DNA of 64,000 nucleotides from positions 96,534,001 to 96,598,000 of the forward strand of contig NC_091996.1 in NCBI RefSeq assembly GCF_044704955.1. Direction: 5' to 3'. This document shows positions 25,400 through 38,231 of this stretch, piece by piece. This DNA is from Pristiophorus japonicus (lineage: Eukaryota). Below the pieces are notes generated by a model that was not told the DNA's origin, made no database searches, and saw only the letters and a list, made by a program, of their open reading frames with translations. Each line of letters opens with the position of its first letter. Position 1 is the stretch's first letter. A program made the translations under genes and the position numbers.

Positions 25400-25945
25400 G
25401 ACAGTGCGGCGCTCCCTCAGTACTGCCCCTCCGACAGTGCGGCTCCCTCAGTACTGCCCCTCCGACAGTGCGGCGCTCCCTCAGTACTGCCCCTCTGACA
25501 GTGCGGCGCTCCCTCAGTACCGCCCCTCCGACAGTGCGGCTCCCTCAGTACTGCCCCTCCGACAGTGCGGCGCTCCCTCAGTACTGCCCCTCCGACAGTG
25601 CGGCGCTCCCTCAGTACTGCCCCTCCGACAGTGCGGCACTCCTTCAGTACTGCCCCTCCGACAGTGCGGTGCTCCCTCAGTACCGACCCTCCGACAATGC
25701 GGCGCTCCCTCAGTACTGCCCCTCCGACAGTGCGGCGCTCCCTCAGTACTGCCCCTCCGACAGTGCGGCGCTCCCTCAATACTGCCCCTCCGACACTCCC
25801 TCAGTACTGCCCCTCCGACAGTGCGGCGCTCCCTCGGTAGTGCCCCTCCGAAAGTGCGGCGCTCCCTCAGCGCCCCGGATCTTGTGCTCAAGTCTCTGGA
25901 GTGGGGATTTGAACCCACGACCTTCTGACTCCGAGGCGAAAGAGA
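25400..25945 (-). mobile_element. SINE 5' half with 33-bp array
   Basis: Array followed by a B-box-containing head at 25880-25945. Confidence 0.85.
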
Positions 25946-26299
25946 GAGCGAGCGACCCAATTAAGCAATGTTGGGCACCTAGCTATAAAAAATATGGGGA
26001 AAAAATGCACATTTCTCAGTTTCGTAAAACTTTATTTCAGTACTGAATATTTTTGCCCGTTGAAGAGTTAATGTAAGAATGGAAACCAGTATTTAAAAAA
26101 ATATATATTTAAATATAAAAAATCATAAAATGATCAAAGACAATACTGATGGACTGGTCACCTGCGGTCAGAGGCCCACTCACAATGGCCTGTGCAGTAT
26201 AGCATGGTGCCACCCTTTGGCTCAAGGACCCAGCGACTGTGACGGGGGCTGTGTGGGGTGGTTGGAGGGCCATTGGTGGACCTAGGACATGAGAGAAGT

Positions 26300-27815
26300 C
26301 GTGCTAACCCTGTATCCAACCTCAGTTAGACCACACGTGGAGCACTGCGTACAGTTCTGGTCACCATATTATATAAAAAGGATAGAGAGGCACTGGAGAG
26401 GTTGCAGAGAAGATTTACAAGGATGATACCAGAAATGCGAGGGTATACATATCAGGAAAGGATGAACAGGCTGGGTCTCCTTTCTCTTGAATAGACAAGG
26501 CTGAGGGGTGAGCTAATCGAGGTCTTTATCATTCTGAAAGGTTTTGATGGAGTGGATAGAGAGAGAATGTTTCCACTTGTGGGGAAGAACATAACTAGAG
26601 GTCATCGATGCAAGATAGTCAGCAAGACTTCTTCGACAGCACCTCCCAAACCCGCGACCTCTACCGCCTAGAAGGACAAGGGCAGCAGGCCCATGGGAAC
26701 ACCACCACCTACACATTCCCCTCCCAGTCACACACCATCCCGACTGGGAAATATATCGGCCGTTCCTTCATCGTCGCTGGGTCACAATCCTGGAACTCCC
26801 TCCCGAACAGCACTGTGGGAGCACCTTCACCACACGGACTGCAGCGGTTCAAGAAGGGGGCTCACCACCACCTTCTCAAGGGGCAATTAGGGATGGGCAA
26901 TAAATGCCGGCCTTGGCCAGCGACAGCCACGTCATGGGAATGGATAAAAATAAAAATAAAAGAAATCCAAATGGGGAATTCAGAAGAAACGTCTTTAACC
27001 AGAGAGACTGTGGAACCCGCTGCCACAGGGAGGGCTTGAGGTGAATAGTATCGATGCGTTTCAGGGGAGGCTGGATAAACACACGAGGGGGAAAGGAATA
27101 GAGGGATATGGTGACGGGGTGAGATGGAGAGGGGTGGGAGGGGGCTGGTGTGGAGCATAAACCCCGGCACGGAGCGGTGGGACATAAACCCCGGCACGGA
27201 GCGGTGGGAGATAAACCCCGGCACGGAGCGGTGGGACATAAACCCCGGCACGGAGCGGTGGGACATAAACCCCGGCACGGAGCGGTGGGGCCCAGTGGCC
27301 TCTTTCAATGCTGTAAATTCCATGTGATGGATTCTTCATCGTCACTACTGCAATTCTAGAATTATGGATTTTTAAATTAAATTTTAAATTACGAGGAGAG
27401 ACTACATAAACTAGGGTTGTAATCCCTTGTATTCAGACGGTTAAAGGGTGATCGAGTCGAAGTTTTCAGGATATTACGAGGAACAGATAGGGTAGTGCGG
27501 GAGAGACTATTCCCGTTGGTTGGGGAGTCTGGGACTAGGGGGCACAGTTGAAAGGTTAGAGCCAGACCCTTCAGGAGTCGAGCTCGGAAACACACAGAGG
27601 GTGGGGGATGTTTGGAACTCTCTTCCACAAAGGCCAGTTGGGTGCTGGGTCAGTTATTCTAAATCGGCAATTGATAGCTTTCTGTTGACCAAAGGTATTC
27701 AGGGACATGGGCCAACGGCGGGTGGGTGACGTCAGGTCGCAGGTCAGCCACGATCTCATCGAATGGCGGGACAGGCTCGAGGGGCTGAATGGCCTCCTCC
27801 TGTTCCCATGTTCCT
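26300..27815 (+). mobile_element. CR1 3' fragments: first is interrupted by another LINE tail (26630-26945) and carries a 27-bp x5 array (27156-27290); second at 27390-27815
   Basis: CR1 C-terminal motifs; repeat unit CATAAACCCCGGCACGGAGCGGTGGGA. Confidence 0.8.
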
Positions 27816-27999
27816 GGTTTGCCTTCAGCCATTGAAGCGGCCGCGTGGATCTGAACCAGTCTGGAGGCGTGACCTCTTCCTCTTCACGTTAGCCGGGACA
27901 TCGCCGGGATCTTGGCTGGGTTCCAATCCCGCATTAGAAACCGGAATTTCCTCAGGTGCAAAAATCGCAAAAAAAACGTTTTTTTTTAAATAAATCCCA

Positions 28000-28051
28000 A
28001 TCGTGTAAACCTCTTGATTTATTTTCCTCTTTGGCTGGATTAACGCAGAAC
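28000..28051 (-). terminator. Probable non-coding terminal exon and polyadenylation signal of the SCHIP1-like gene
   Basis: Acceptor ttattttcctccctcag at 28052, AATAAA at 28023-28018, U-rich tract downstream. A distal AATAAA lies near 26030. Confidence 0.5.
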
Positions 28052-28239
28052 CTGAGGGAGGAAAATAATAAAGAGACCGATTAGGCAGGTTCCAGTCACT
28101 GCCTTCTCTCCCCCAAAACCTGAGACATGATTCAGAGAGCAGCAGGGCCAGATAAATAAAGGTCTCGCATTGATACAGTGCCTCAAGACATCCCTTATCA
28201 CTGGATAGATATCTGTCCCCTTTAAAACTAGTACCAGTA

Positions 28240-28712
28240 CTGACAATCCCAGTGCAGTGCCGAGGGAGCCCCGCGCTGTCGGAGGGGCAGTACTGAGGGA
28301 GCGCCGCACTGTCGGAGGGGCAGTACTGAGGGAGTGCCGCATTGTCGGAGGGGCAGTACTGAGGGAGTGCCGCACTGTCGGAGGGGCAAACTTTCAGATG
28401 AGACATTAAACTAATATGCCTCCCCTCTCAGGTGGACATAAAAGATCCCATAGCTACTATTTCGAAGAAGAGCAGGGGAGTTCTCTCCGATGTCCTGGGG
28501 CCAATATTTATCCCTTAATCAACATCACTAAAACATCCGGGTCATTATCACATTGCTGTGTGTGGGAGCTTGCTGTGCGTAAATTGGCTGCTGCATTTCC
28601 CACATTGCAACAGTGTCTACACTCCAAAAGTACTTCATTGGCTGTAAAGCACTTTGGGACATCCTGTAGCCGTGAAAGGCGCTATATAAATGCGATGTCT
28701 TTTTTCTTTCTT
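28240..28712 (+). mobile_element. SacSINE1-like SINE inside the 3' UTR intron
   Basis: Four 33-bp units, Deu-type body and tail. Confidence 0.85.
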
Positions 28713-28769
28713 TAGCAAGGTAGCTATCTGACCCCTTAAAGTGACCCCTCCACTCACCTCCATTTGCGA

Positions 28770-28867
28770 TCAGTGAGTCAGGTCTCCGATCTCCACCAAC
28801 ATAGCGTCCTGTTCTGTCTGCAGGTCATCGCGCGATTCGAGAAGTTCCATCAGTTGGGTGTTGAGGC
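28770..28867 (-). CDS. SCHIP1-like: SCHIP1-like gene, last coding exon ([31 protein letters not shown])
   Basis: Resembles the SCHIP1 C-terminal coiled coil ([30 protein letters not shown], recalled). Acceptor ttctcctgttcag, phase 1; donor gag|gtgagt at 28758. Confidence 0.9.
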
Positions 28868-28934
28868 CTGAACAGGAGAAGCAGTGCAGGGTCAGTGCTG
28901 GGCATCGGCATTCCCAACCGTGCTGGGGCCTGCT

Positions 28935-30171
28935 CCCCCCACACACACACTCCCCCTCCCCCCACACACACACTCCCCCTCCCCCCACACACACACTCCC
29001 CCTCCCCCCACACACACACTCCCCCTCCCCCCACACACACACTCCCCCTCCCCCCACACACACACTCCCCCTCCCCACACACACACTCCCCCCTCCCCCC
29101 CCCCACACACACACTCCCCCCCCCCCACACACACACTCCCCCCTCCCCCCACACACACACACTCCCCCCCCCCACACACACACTCCCCCCTCCCCCACAC
29201 ACACACACTCCCCCCTCCCCCCACACACACACACTCCCCCTCCTCCCCCACACACACACACTCTCCCCCTCCCCCCACACACACACTCCCCCCCTCCCCC
29301 CCCACACACACACTCCCCCCCCCACACACACACTCCCCCCTCCCCCCACACACACACACTCCCCCCCCCACACACACACTCCCCCCTCCCCACACACACA
29401 CACCCCCCCCACACACACACACTCCCCCCCCCCCCCACACTCCCCACCCCACACACACACTCCCCCCTCCCCCCCACACACACTCCCCTCCCCCCACACA
29501 CACACTCCCCCCTCCCCCCACACACACTCCCCCCACCCCACACACACACACTCCCCCCACACACACACTCCCCCCTCCCCCCACACACACACTCCCCCCT
29601 CCCCCCACACACACACTCCCCCCTCCCCCCACACACACACCCCCCCTCCCCCCACACACACACTCCCCCCTCCCCCACACACACACTCCCCCCTCCCCCC
29701 ACACACACACTCCCCCCTCCCCCCACACACACACTCCCCCCTCCCCCCACACACACACTTCCCCCTCCCCCCACACACACACTCCCCCCTCCCCCACACA
29801 CACACCACTCCCCCCTCCCCCCACACACACTCCCCCCTCCCCCCACACACACACTCCCCCCCTCCCCCCACACACACACACTCCCCCCCCACACACACAC
29901 TTCCCNNNNNNNNNNNNNNNNNNNNNNNNNNNNNNNNNNNNNNNNNNNNNNNNNNNNNNNNNNNNNNNNNNNNNNNNNNNNNNNNNNNNNNNNNNNNNNN
30001 NNNNNNNNNNNNNNNNNNNNNNNNNNNNNNNNNNNNNNNNNNNNNNNNNNNNNNNNNNNNNNNNNNNNNNNNNNNNNNNNNNNNNNNNNNNNNNNNNNNN
30101 NNNNNNNNNNNNNNNNNNACACACACACTCCCCCCCCCCCACACACACACTCCCCCCCCGCACACACACAC

Positions 30172-30203
<32 letters not shown>

Positions 30204-30248
30204 ACCCCCCCACACACACACACACTCCCCTCCACACACACACACACT
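28935..30248. repeat. C-run/(CA)n minisatellite containing gap 29906-30118; a further gap spans 30249-30591
   Basis: Units of the form CTCCCCCCTCCCCCCACACACACA. Confidence 0.9.
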
Positions 30249-30919
30249 NNNNNNNNNNNNNNNNNNNNNNNNNNNNNNNNNNNNNNNNNNNNNNNNNNNN
30301 NNNNNNNNNNNNNNNNNNNNNNNNNNNNNNNNNNNNNNNNNNNNNNNNNNNNNNNNNNNNNNNNNNNNNNNNNNNNNNNNNNNNNNNNNNNNNNNNNNNN
30401 NNNNNNNNNNNNNNNNNNNNNNNNNNNNNNNNNNNNNNNNNNNNNNNNNNNNNNNNNNNNNNNNNNNNNNNNNNNNNNNNNNNNNNNNNNNNNNNNNNNN
30501 NNNNNNNNNNNNNNNNNNNNNNNNNNNNNNNNNNNNNNNNNNNNNNNNNNNNNNNNNNNNNNNNNNNNNNNNNNNNNNNNNNNNNNNNNNNGGAAGTTCT
30601 GCTAAACCGTTATAAACTGGTCAGGGTCCAGCTGCATATTGTGTCCAGATCCGGGCACCGCACTTTAGGAAGGATGTGAAGGCCCTGGAGAGGGTGCTGA
30701 GGAGCGAGAGTGGGGGGGGGGGGGGGAAGGGGGAGCGAGGGGGGGAAGAATGGGCTGTTTCCCATTTGAATCCAGACATTGAGAACAGGAACAGTATCCC
30801 GAAGCCCGGGACCACGCAGGTATTAAATTACTGGCCTGGGGGTTAAGCCAAGTTATTTTGCAGTGAAGGATTGAACGCACTGGGGAAATCAGGGACTTTC
30901 AAACCTATCCCAACTTATA

Positions 30920-31882
30920 CAGCGTCTCTTGCAACCTCAGAATGTTGCAGAGTGTTTCACACTCAGTGAAGTACTTTAAGTGCACAGCAAGCTCCCACAA
31001 TGTGATAATGACCTCAGTACTGCCCCTCCGACAGTGCGGGGCTCCCTCAGTACTGCCCCTCCGACAGTGCGGCGCTCCCTCAGTACTGCCCCTCCGACAG
31101 TGCGGCGCTCCCTCAGTACTGCCCCTCCGACAGTGCGGCGCTCCCTCAGTACTGCCCCTCCGACAGTGCGGCACTCCCTCAGTACTGCCCCTCCGACAGT
31201 GCGGCGCTCCCTCAGTACTGCCCCTCCGACAGTGCGGCGCTACCTCAGTACTGCCCCTCCGACAGTGCGGCGCTCCCTCAGTACTGCCCCTCCGACAGTG
31301 CGGCGCTCCCTCAGTACTGCCCCTCCGACAGTGTGGCGCTCCCTCAGTACTGCCCCTCCGACAGTGCGGCCCTCCCTCAGTACTGCCCCTCCGACAGTGC
31401 GGCGCTCCCTCTGTACTGCCCCTCCGACAGTGCGGCGCTCCCTCAGTACTGCCCCTCCGACAGTGCGGGGCTCCCTCAGTACTGCCCCTCCGACAGTGCG
31501 GGGCTCCCTCAGTACTGCCCCTCCGACAGTGCGGCGCTCCCTCAGTACTACCCCTCCGACAGTGCGGGGCTCCCTCAGTACTGCCCCTCCGACAGTGCGG
31601 GGCTCCCTCAGTACTGCCCCTCCGACAGTGCGACACTCCCTCAGTACTGCCCCTCCGACAGTGCGGGGCTCCCTCAGTACTGCCCCTCCGACAGTGCGAC
31701 ACTCCCTCAGTACTGCTCCTCCGACAGTGCGGGGCTCCCTCAGTACTGCCCCTCCGACAGTGCGGGGCTCCCTCAGTACTGCACTGGGAGTGTGTGTGCA
31801 GACTTTTTGTGCTGGAGTCTCTGGAGTGGGGCTCGAACCCACTGCTTTCTGTCCAAGGCGAGAGCGCTCCCTCTGAGCCACT
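30920..31882 (-). mobile_element. SINE with internal deletion and a 33-bp array of about 23 units (31012-31782)
   Basis: Degenerate tail, array, and tRNA-like head. Confidence 0.85.
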
Positions 31883-32074
31883 AAACTGGGCTCTCCATTC
31901 TATCCCGTTTGTTCAGAGTCTGCTCTCATTCACACAGGCCATAATGTCAGTGTGTGGGATACGCAGTGACCGACCGAGGCGAGGCTTTCTGTATGGAAAC
32001 CACTGATGTGAGGGGACCGCCCTCTGGTGGTTAAACCATCAACTGCAGTGCAATGGAGCACTGCATCGTGTACA

Positions 32075-34680
32075 ACAACAACTTGTATTTATATAGCGTG
32101 TAGTCAAATGTCCCAATGCACTTCACATGGGTGTTATAAAGGCACACAAAAAATTTGACACCGAGCCGGCTGTGAACAAATTAGCGCAGGTGACCAAAAG
32201 CTTGGTCAAAGAGGTCGGTTTTAAGGAACGTCTTAAAAGGAGGAGAGAGAGGTCGAGAGGTTTAGGGACGTGTAATGTATGCTCCTGTGAGGATGCTCAC
32301 AGGTTGGTGGCACTGTTGAGCTGGGAGCGGCTTAGCCAGCAACGTGACGTTCACAAGACTCAATAAAACCCCAGCCAGTTGGGTTCAGGGGATCCACGAT
32401 GGGGCAGGTGGTTGTGAGCCTGGTGGATGAACCGGTAATGTGTCGTGTGATTGTTAAACCTTTTGCTAATAAACCAACTAGAAACAAAGAAACATAGAAC
32501 ATAGGTGCAGGAGTAGGCCATTCGGCCCTTCGAGCCTGCACCACCATTCAATAAGATCATGGCTGATCATTCCCTCAGTACCCCTTTCCTGCTTTCTCTC
32601 CATACCCCTTGATCCCTTTAGCCGTAAGGGCCACATCTAACTCCTTTTTGAATATATTTAGTGAATTGGCCTCAACTACTTTCTGTGGTAGAGAATTCCA
32701 CAGGTTCACCACTCTCTGGGTGAAGAAGTTTCTCCTCATCTCGGTCCTAAATGATTTACCCCTTATCCTTAGACTGTGTCCCCTGGTTCTGGACTTCCCC
32801 AACATTGGGAACATTCTTCCTGCATTTAACCTGTCCAGTCCCGTCAGAATTTTACATGTTTCTATGAGATCCCCTCTCATCCTTCTAACTTCCAGCGAAT
32901 ACAAGCCCAGTTGATCCAGTCTTTCTTCATATGTCAGTCCTGCCATCCCGGGAATCAGTCTGGTGAACCTTCGCTGCGCTCCCTGAATAGCAGGAATGTC
33001 CTTCCTCAGGTTAGGAGACCAAAACTGTACACAATACTCCAGGTGTGGCCTCACCAAGGCCCTGTACAACTGTAACAACACCGCCCTGCCCCTGTACTCA
33101 AATCCCCTCGCTATGAAGGCCAACATGCCATTTGCCGCCTTCACTGCCTGCTGTACCTGCATGCCAACCTTCAATGACTGATGTACCATGACACCCAGGT
33201 CTCGTTGCACCTCCCCTTTTCCTAATCTGTCACCATTCAGATAATAGTCTGTCTCTCTGTTTTTACCACCAAAGTGGATAACCTCACATTTATCCACATT
33301 ATACTTCATCTGCCATGCATTTGCCCACTCACCTAACCTGTCCAAGTCACCCTGCAGCCTCCTAGCATCCTCCTCACAGCTCACACTGCCACCCAGCTTA
33401 GTGTCATCTGCAAACTTGGAGATATTACATTCAATTCCTTCGTCCAAATCATTAATGTATATTGTAAAAAGCTGGAGTCCCAGCACTGAGCCCTGCAGCA
33501 CCCCACTAGTCACTGCCTGCCATTCTGAAAAGGACCCGTTTATCCCGACTCTCTGCTTCCTGTCTGACAACCAGTTCTCTATCCACGTCAGTACATTACC
33601 CCTAATACCATGTGCTTTAATTTTGCACACCAATCTCTCGTGTGGGACCTTGTCAAAAGCCTTTTGAAAGTCCAAATACACCACATCCACTGGTTCTCTC
33701 TTGTCCACTCTGCTCGTTACATCCTCAAAAAATTCTCGAAGACTTGTCAAGCATGATTTCCCTTTCATACATCCATGCTGACTTGGACCGATCCTGTCAC
33801 TACTTTCCAAATGCGCTGCTCTTTCATCTTTAATAATTGATTCCAACATTTTCCCCACTACTGATGTCAGGCTAACCGGTCTATAATTACCCGTTTTCTC
33901 TCTCCCTCCTTTTTTAAAAAAGTGGTGTTACATTAGCTACCCTCCAGTCCATAGGAACTGATCCAGAGTCAATAGAATGTTGGAAAATGATCACCAATGC
34001 ATCCACTATTTCTAGGGCCACGTCCTTAAGTACTCTGGGATGCAGACTATCAGGCCTTGGGGATTTATCGGTCTTTAATCCCATCAATTTCCCTAACACA
34101 ATTTCCTAACTAATAAGGATTTCCTTCAGTTCCTCCTTCTCGCTAGACCCTCGGTCCCCTAGTATATCCTGGAAGGTTATTTGTGTCTTCCTTAGTGAAG
34201 ACAGAACCAAAGTATTTGTTCAACTAGTCTGCCATTTCTTTGTTCCCAGTTATAAATTCACCTGAATCTGACTGCAAGGGAGCTACATTTGTCTTCACTA
34301 ATCTTTTTCTTTTCACATTTCTATAGAAGCTTTTGCAGTCAGTTTTTATGTTCCCAGCAAGCTTCCTCTCATACTCTATTTTCCCCTCCTAATTAAACCC
34401 TTTGTCCTCCTCTGCTGAATTCTAACTTTCTCCCAGTCCTCAGGTTTGCTGCTTTTTCTGGACAATTTATATGCCTCTTCCTTGGATTTAACACTATCCT
34501 TAATTTCCCTTGTTAGCCACGGTTGAGCCACCTTCCCCATTTTATTTTTACTCCAGACAGGGATGTACAGTTGTTGAAGTTCATCTAGTTTTTAATGGCA
34601 ATGTGTTGCGATGGATGGTTAAGCAAAGAACCCATGAAGTAAATAAATTATCGGAGTGACTTCGAGAGCTCCTCCCACCA
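32075..34680. mobile_element. Nested cluster: L2 tail containing a solo-LTR-like element (32271-34652), itself containing a CR1
   Basis: L2 sequence resumes after 34652. The insert starts TGTAAT and has AATAAA motifs. Confidence 0.55.
32482..34584 (-). mobile_element. CR1 LINE, 5'-truncated, RT frame open at 32575-33858
   Basis: YLDFQKAFDKV and KFADDTKL motifs; TTCTATG-type tail; CTAG present at both junctions. Confidence 0.95.
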
Positions 34681-34811
34681 ATACATCTCACCCCATCACC
34701 CTAACCCTCGATTCCCTTCTCCCCCATATACTTGTCCAGCCTCCCCTTAAATACATCGATACTATTCGCCTCAACCCCTCCCTGTGGCAGCGAGTTCCAC
34801 ATTCTCACCGC

Positions 34812-35660
34812 CCGGCCAAACTTGTTCTCACATTGAGCAACTTCTCTTTTCACGCCACTCACTTCCTCCAAATTAAAGGTGTTGCTATGGGAACCTGTAT
34901 GGGTCCTAGCGATGGCTGCCTTTTCGTGGGATATGTGAAACATTCTTTGTGCCAGTCCTACTCAGGTTCTCGCTCTCACCTCTTTTTCCGGTACATTGAT
35001 GACTGTATCGGTGCCGTTTCCTGCTCTCGCCCTGAACTAGAAAATTTCATTCACTTTACATCCAATTTCCACCCTTCCCTCACCTTCACATGGTCCATCT
35101 GCAAATCTTCCCTTCCCTTCCTCGACTTCTCCGTCTCCATCTCTGGGGATAGGCTTTCGACCAGTATCCGGTATACACCCACTGACTCCCACAGACACGT
35201 CCTCCCACCCCGCATCCTGTAAGGACTCCATTCCATTCTCCCAGTTTCTCCGTCTCATCTGTTCTGACGACACCATCTTTCACACCAATGCCTCGGACAA
35301 GTCTTCCCTTATCCTCAACCAAGGATTCCCCTCCGCCGTGGTCAACACGGCCCTCGACCGTGTCTGTTCTATTTCCCCCACCTCTGCCCTCACCCCTTCC
35401 CCTTCCCCTCCCTCCCAGAACCTCGACAGTGTTCCCCTTGTCCTCACCTTTCACCCCACCAGCCTCCACGTTCAACGGATCATCCTCCGCCATTTCCACC
35501 ACCTCCTGCGTGATCCCAGCACCAATCACACCTTCCCCTCCCCCCTCAGCGTTGTGAAGGGACCACACCCTCCGTGACACCCTGGTCCATTCCGCAGTCA
35601 CCCCCAGCACCCGCTGCTCACCCCCTTCCCGTGCAAGCACAGGAGCGGTAACACCCTCGC
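34812..35660 (+). mobile_element. Penelope-like retroelement RT fragment, degenerate
   Basis: QIKGVAMGT, FFRYIDD, FHPSLTFT and LPFLD motifs. Confidence 0.88.
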
Positions 35661-35710
35661 TTGCCCCTCTCCGGAGCCTCTCCCCTGGACCCCCCCCCCC
35701 ACAGACTTAC

Positions 35711-35819
35711 GGTGAATTTGGGAGAAGACATTGGCTTGCAGGCTCTGAAGTTGCACCAGGGTCATCTCGTGCAGGACACTTGGCTCCAGTCCCCTTCCCC
35801 TCCACTGGGCCTCTCCGGA
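35711..35819 (-). CDS. SCHIP1-like: SCHIP1-like coding exon 4 (SGEAQWRGRGLEPSVLHEMTLVQLQSLQANVFSQIH)
   Basis: Acceptor ctctcccccag and donor C|gtaagt; 109 bp, phase 0/1. Aligns to the SCHIP1 segment [20 protein letters not shown]. Confidence 0.88.
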
Positions 35820-35869
35820 CTGGGGGAGAGAGAAAGATTCATTGCATCAACGGAATTCAAGGATTATAG

Positions 35870-36502
35870 AAAGAAGGACATTGCATTTATATAGCGCCTT
35901 TCACAACCACCGGACGCCCCCAAAGCGCTTCACAGCCAATGAAGTACTTTTGGAGTGTAGTCACTGTTGTATTGTGGGAAACGCCAATGTGCGCATAGCA
36001 AGCTCCCACACACAGCGATGTGATAATGGCCCAGATCATCTGTTTTTTATGTGATGTTGATTGAGGGATAAATATTGGTCAGAACACCGGGGACAACTCC
36101 CCTGCTCTTCTTCCAATGGTGTCATGGGATCTTTTACATCTACCTGAGGCGGCAGACGGGGCCTCGGTTTAACGTCTCATCCGAAAGACGTCACCTCCGA
36201 CAGTGCGGCACTCCCTCAGCACTGCCCCTCCGACAGTGCGGCGCTCCCTCAGCACTGCCCCTCCGACAGTGCGGCGCTCCCTCAGCACTGCCCCTCCGAC
36301 AGTGCGGCGCTCCCTCAGCACTGCCCCTCCGACAGTGCGGCGCTCCCTCAGCACTGCCCCTCCGACAGTGCGGCGCTCCCTCAGCACTGCACTGGGCGTG
36401 TCGGTCTGGATTATGTGCTCACGTCTCTGGAGTGGGACTTGAACCCACAACCTTCTGACTCCGAGGCGAGAGAGAGTGCTGCCCACTGAGACAAACTGAC
36501 AC
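35870..36502 (-). mobile_element. Full-length SacSINE1-like SINE with six 33-bp units
   Basis: Head, array, body and tail all present. Confidence 0.9.
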
Positions 36503-36728
36503 TCCATAACGTATTTCAAAGTTGAAAGGTCACGGGAAGTGTAACAGAGCTCCACCTGGTGGACGACTGATGTAACAACAATAAAAGGGTCATGTCGCAA
36601 GGTCATGTGATCACAGCTGTGTTGGGGGCCATCTTGTAGCGTGTGTGCTCGTGCAGTGGCGTGTAAAGATCTGACAGTGAGCCATTTGCTGAGCGTCCGC
36701 CCCACTCTGCGGGCCGAGCCCCACTCAC

Positions 36729-36878
36729 CCAGTCCGAGGCTGCCTGCGTTCGCTGCTTTTGCTTCTCCAGGTCAATCTGCCTCTTCACCATCGCCAGGCC
36801 TCGCTTGGCCTCGCACTCCAGCTCCTTCTGGCGGGAGTGAAGGTCTCCCTCAGCCGACGGGACCTCGTCTGGAGCCTC
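36729..36878 (-). CDS. SCHIP1-like: SCHIP1-like coding exon 3 (EAPDEVPSAEGDLHSRQKELECEAKRGLAMVKRQIDLEKQKQRTQAASDW)
   Basis: Acceptor cattccag and donor TGG|gtgagt; 150 bp, phase 0/0. Resembles RQKKLQAEAKMALAM...EKQ. Confidence 0.9.
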
Positions 36879-36919
36879 CTGGAATGATTCACACACACCG
36901 GGTCAGCGCAAGGCTGGTG

Positions 36920-37790
36920 CAGCAAAGGAGGCCGCCATTGGGCCCATCGAGCCTGTGCCGGCTCTGTGAGCGAGCGATCCCATCAGTCCCACTCCCCCCC
37001 GCTCTCTCCCCACAGCCCGGTGAATGTTTCCCCGTCAAGTGTTTATCCAATTCCCGGTTTGAAAGTTACTATTGAATCTGCTCCCACCGCCCTTTCAGGC
37101 AGCGCGTTCCCGATCACAACAACTCGCTGCGTAAAAACATTCTCCCCATCTCCCCCTCTGGTTCCATCGCCGATTATCGTCAATCTGTGTCCCCCTGGTT
37201 CCCGATCCTTCCACCAATGGGAACAGTTTCTCTCGATCTACTCTGTCCAGACCCCTCATGATTTTGAACACCTCGATCAAATCTCCTCTCAACCCTCTCT
37301 GCTCCGAGGAGAACAACCCCAGCTTCTCCAGTCTATCCCCGTAACTGAAGTCCCTCATCCCTGGAACCATTCTGGTCAATCTTTTCTGTACCCTCTCTAA
37401 GGCCTTCACATCCTTCCTAAAGTGCGGTGCCCACAGTGTTTTATAAAGGTTCATCATAACGTCCTGGCTTTTGTATTCTGCCTCTATTTATGAAGCCCAG
37501 GATCCTGTGTGCGTTTTTAACCGCTTTCTCATCCTGCCCTGCCACCTTCAACGATGTGTGCCCATATACCCCCAGGTCTCTCTGTTCCTGCACCCCCTTT
37601 AGGATTGTACCCTTTCATTTATATTGCCTCTCCTTGTTCTTCCTACCAAAATGTATCACTTCACACTTTTCTGCGTTAAACTTCATCTGCCACGTGTCAG
37701 CCCATCCCACCAGCCTGTCTGTGTCCTCCTGAAGTGTATCACTATTCTCCTCACTGTTCACTACACTTCCAAGTTTTGTGTCATCTGCAG
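36920..37790 (-). mobile_element. CR1 3' fragment
   Basis: ADDTKLG and LERVQKRLTRMVPG motifs. Confidence 0.88.
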
Positions 37791-38231
37791 ACCATGAAAT
37801 GAAACCCTTGCACCCATTAAAGAGCATACATTTTGAAAAGGTACAATCAAAGGTTCTGTTTCCTGGGTTCCTGTTTTGACAACAATTCTATCTCATTGAC
37901 ATCACGTGGACATATTGACCCCTGGACTGACCCCAGGTCCTGGCCTCCTGGGTTACAATCCGCCCTTGACCCTGGACTACAAGGGGCGAAAGTCTCAGGT
38001 GGCCCTCGAGCGGTTAAAGCAAGAAAGACTCGGATTTATATAGCGCCTTTCACAACCACCGGACGTCCCAAAGCGCTTCACAGCCAATGAAGTACTTTTG
38101 GAGTGTGGTCACTGTTGTAATGTGGGAAACGCGTAGCCAATTTGCGCACAGCAAGCTCCCACACACAGCGATGTGATAGGTAACAACTGGGAGGAGGAGG
38201 ACAGGAATTGCAGAGCAGCAGGATGACCTGT

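Noticed and set aside
28770-30679. Gly/Cys-rich or Pro/His-rich proteins
   Set aside because: Low-complexity repeat with gaps; only 28770-28867 is a real coding exon.
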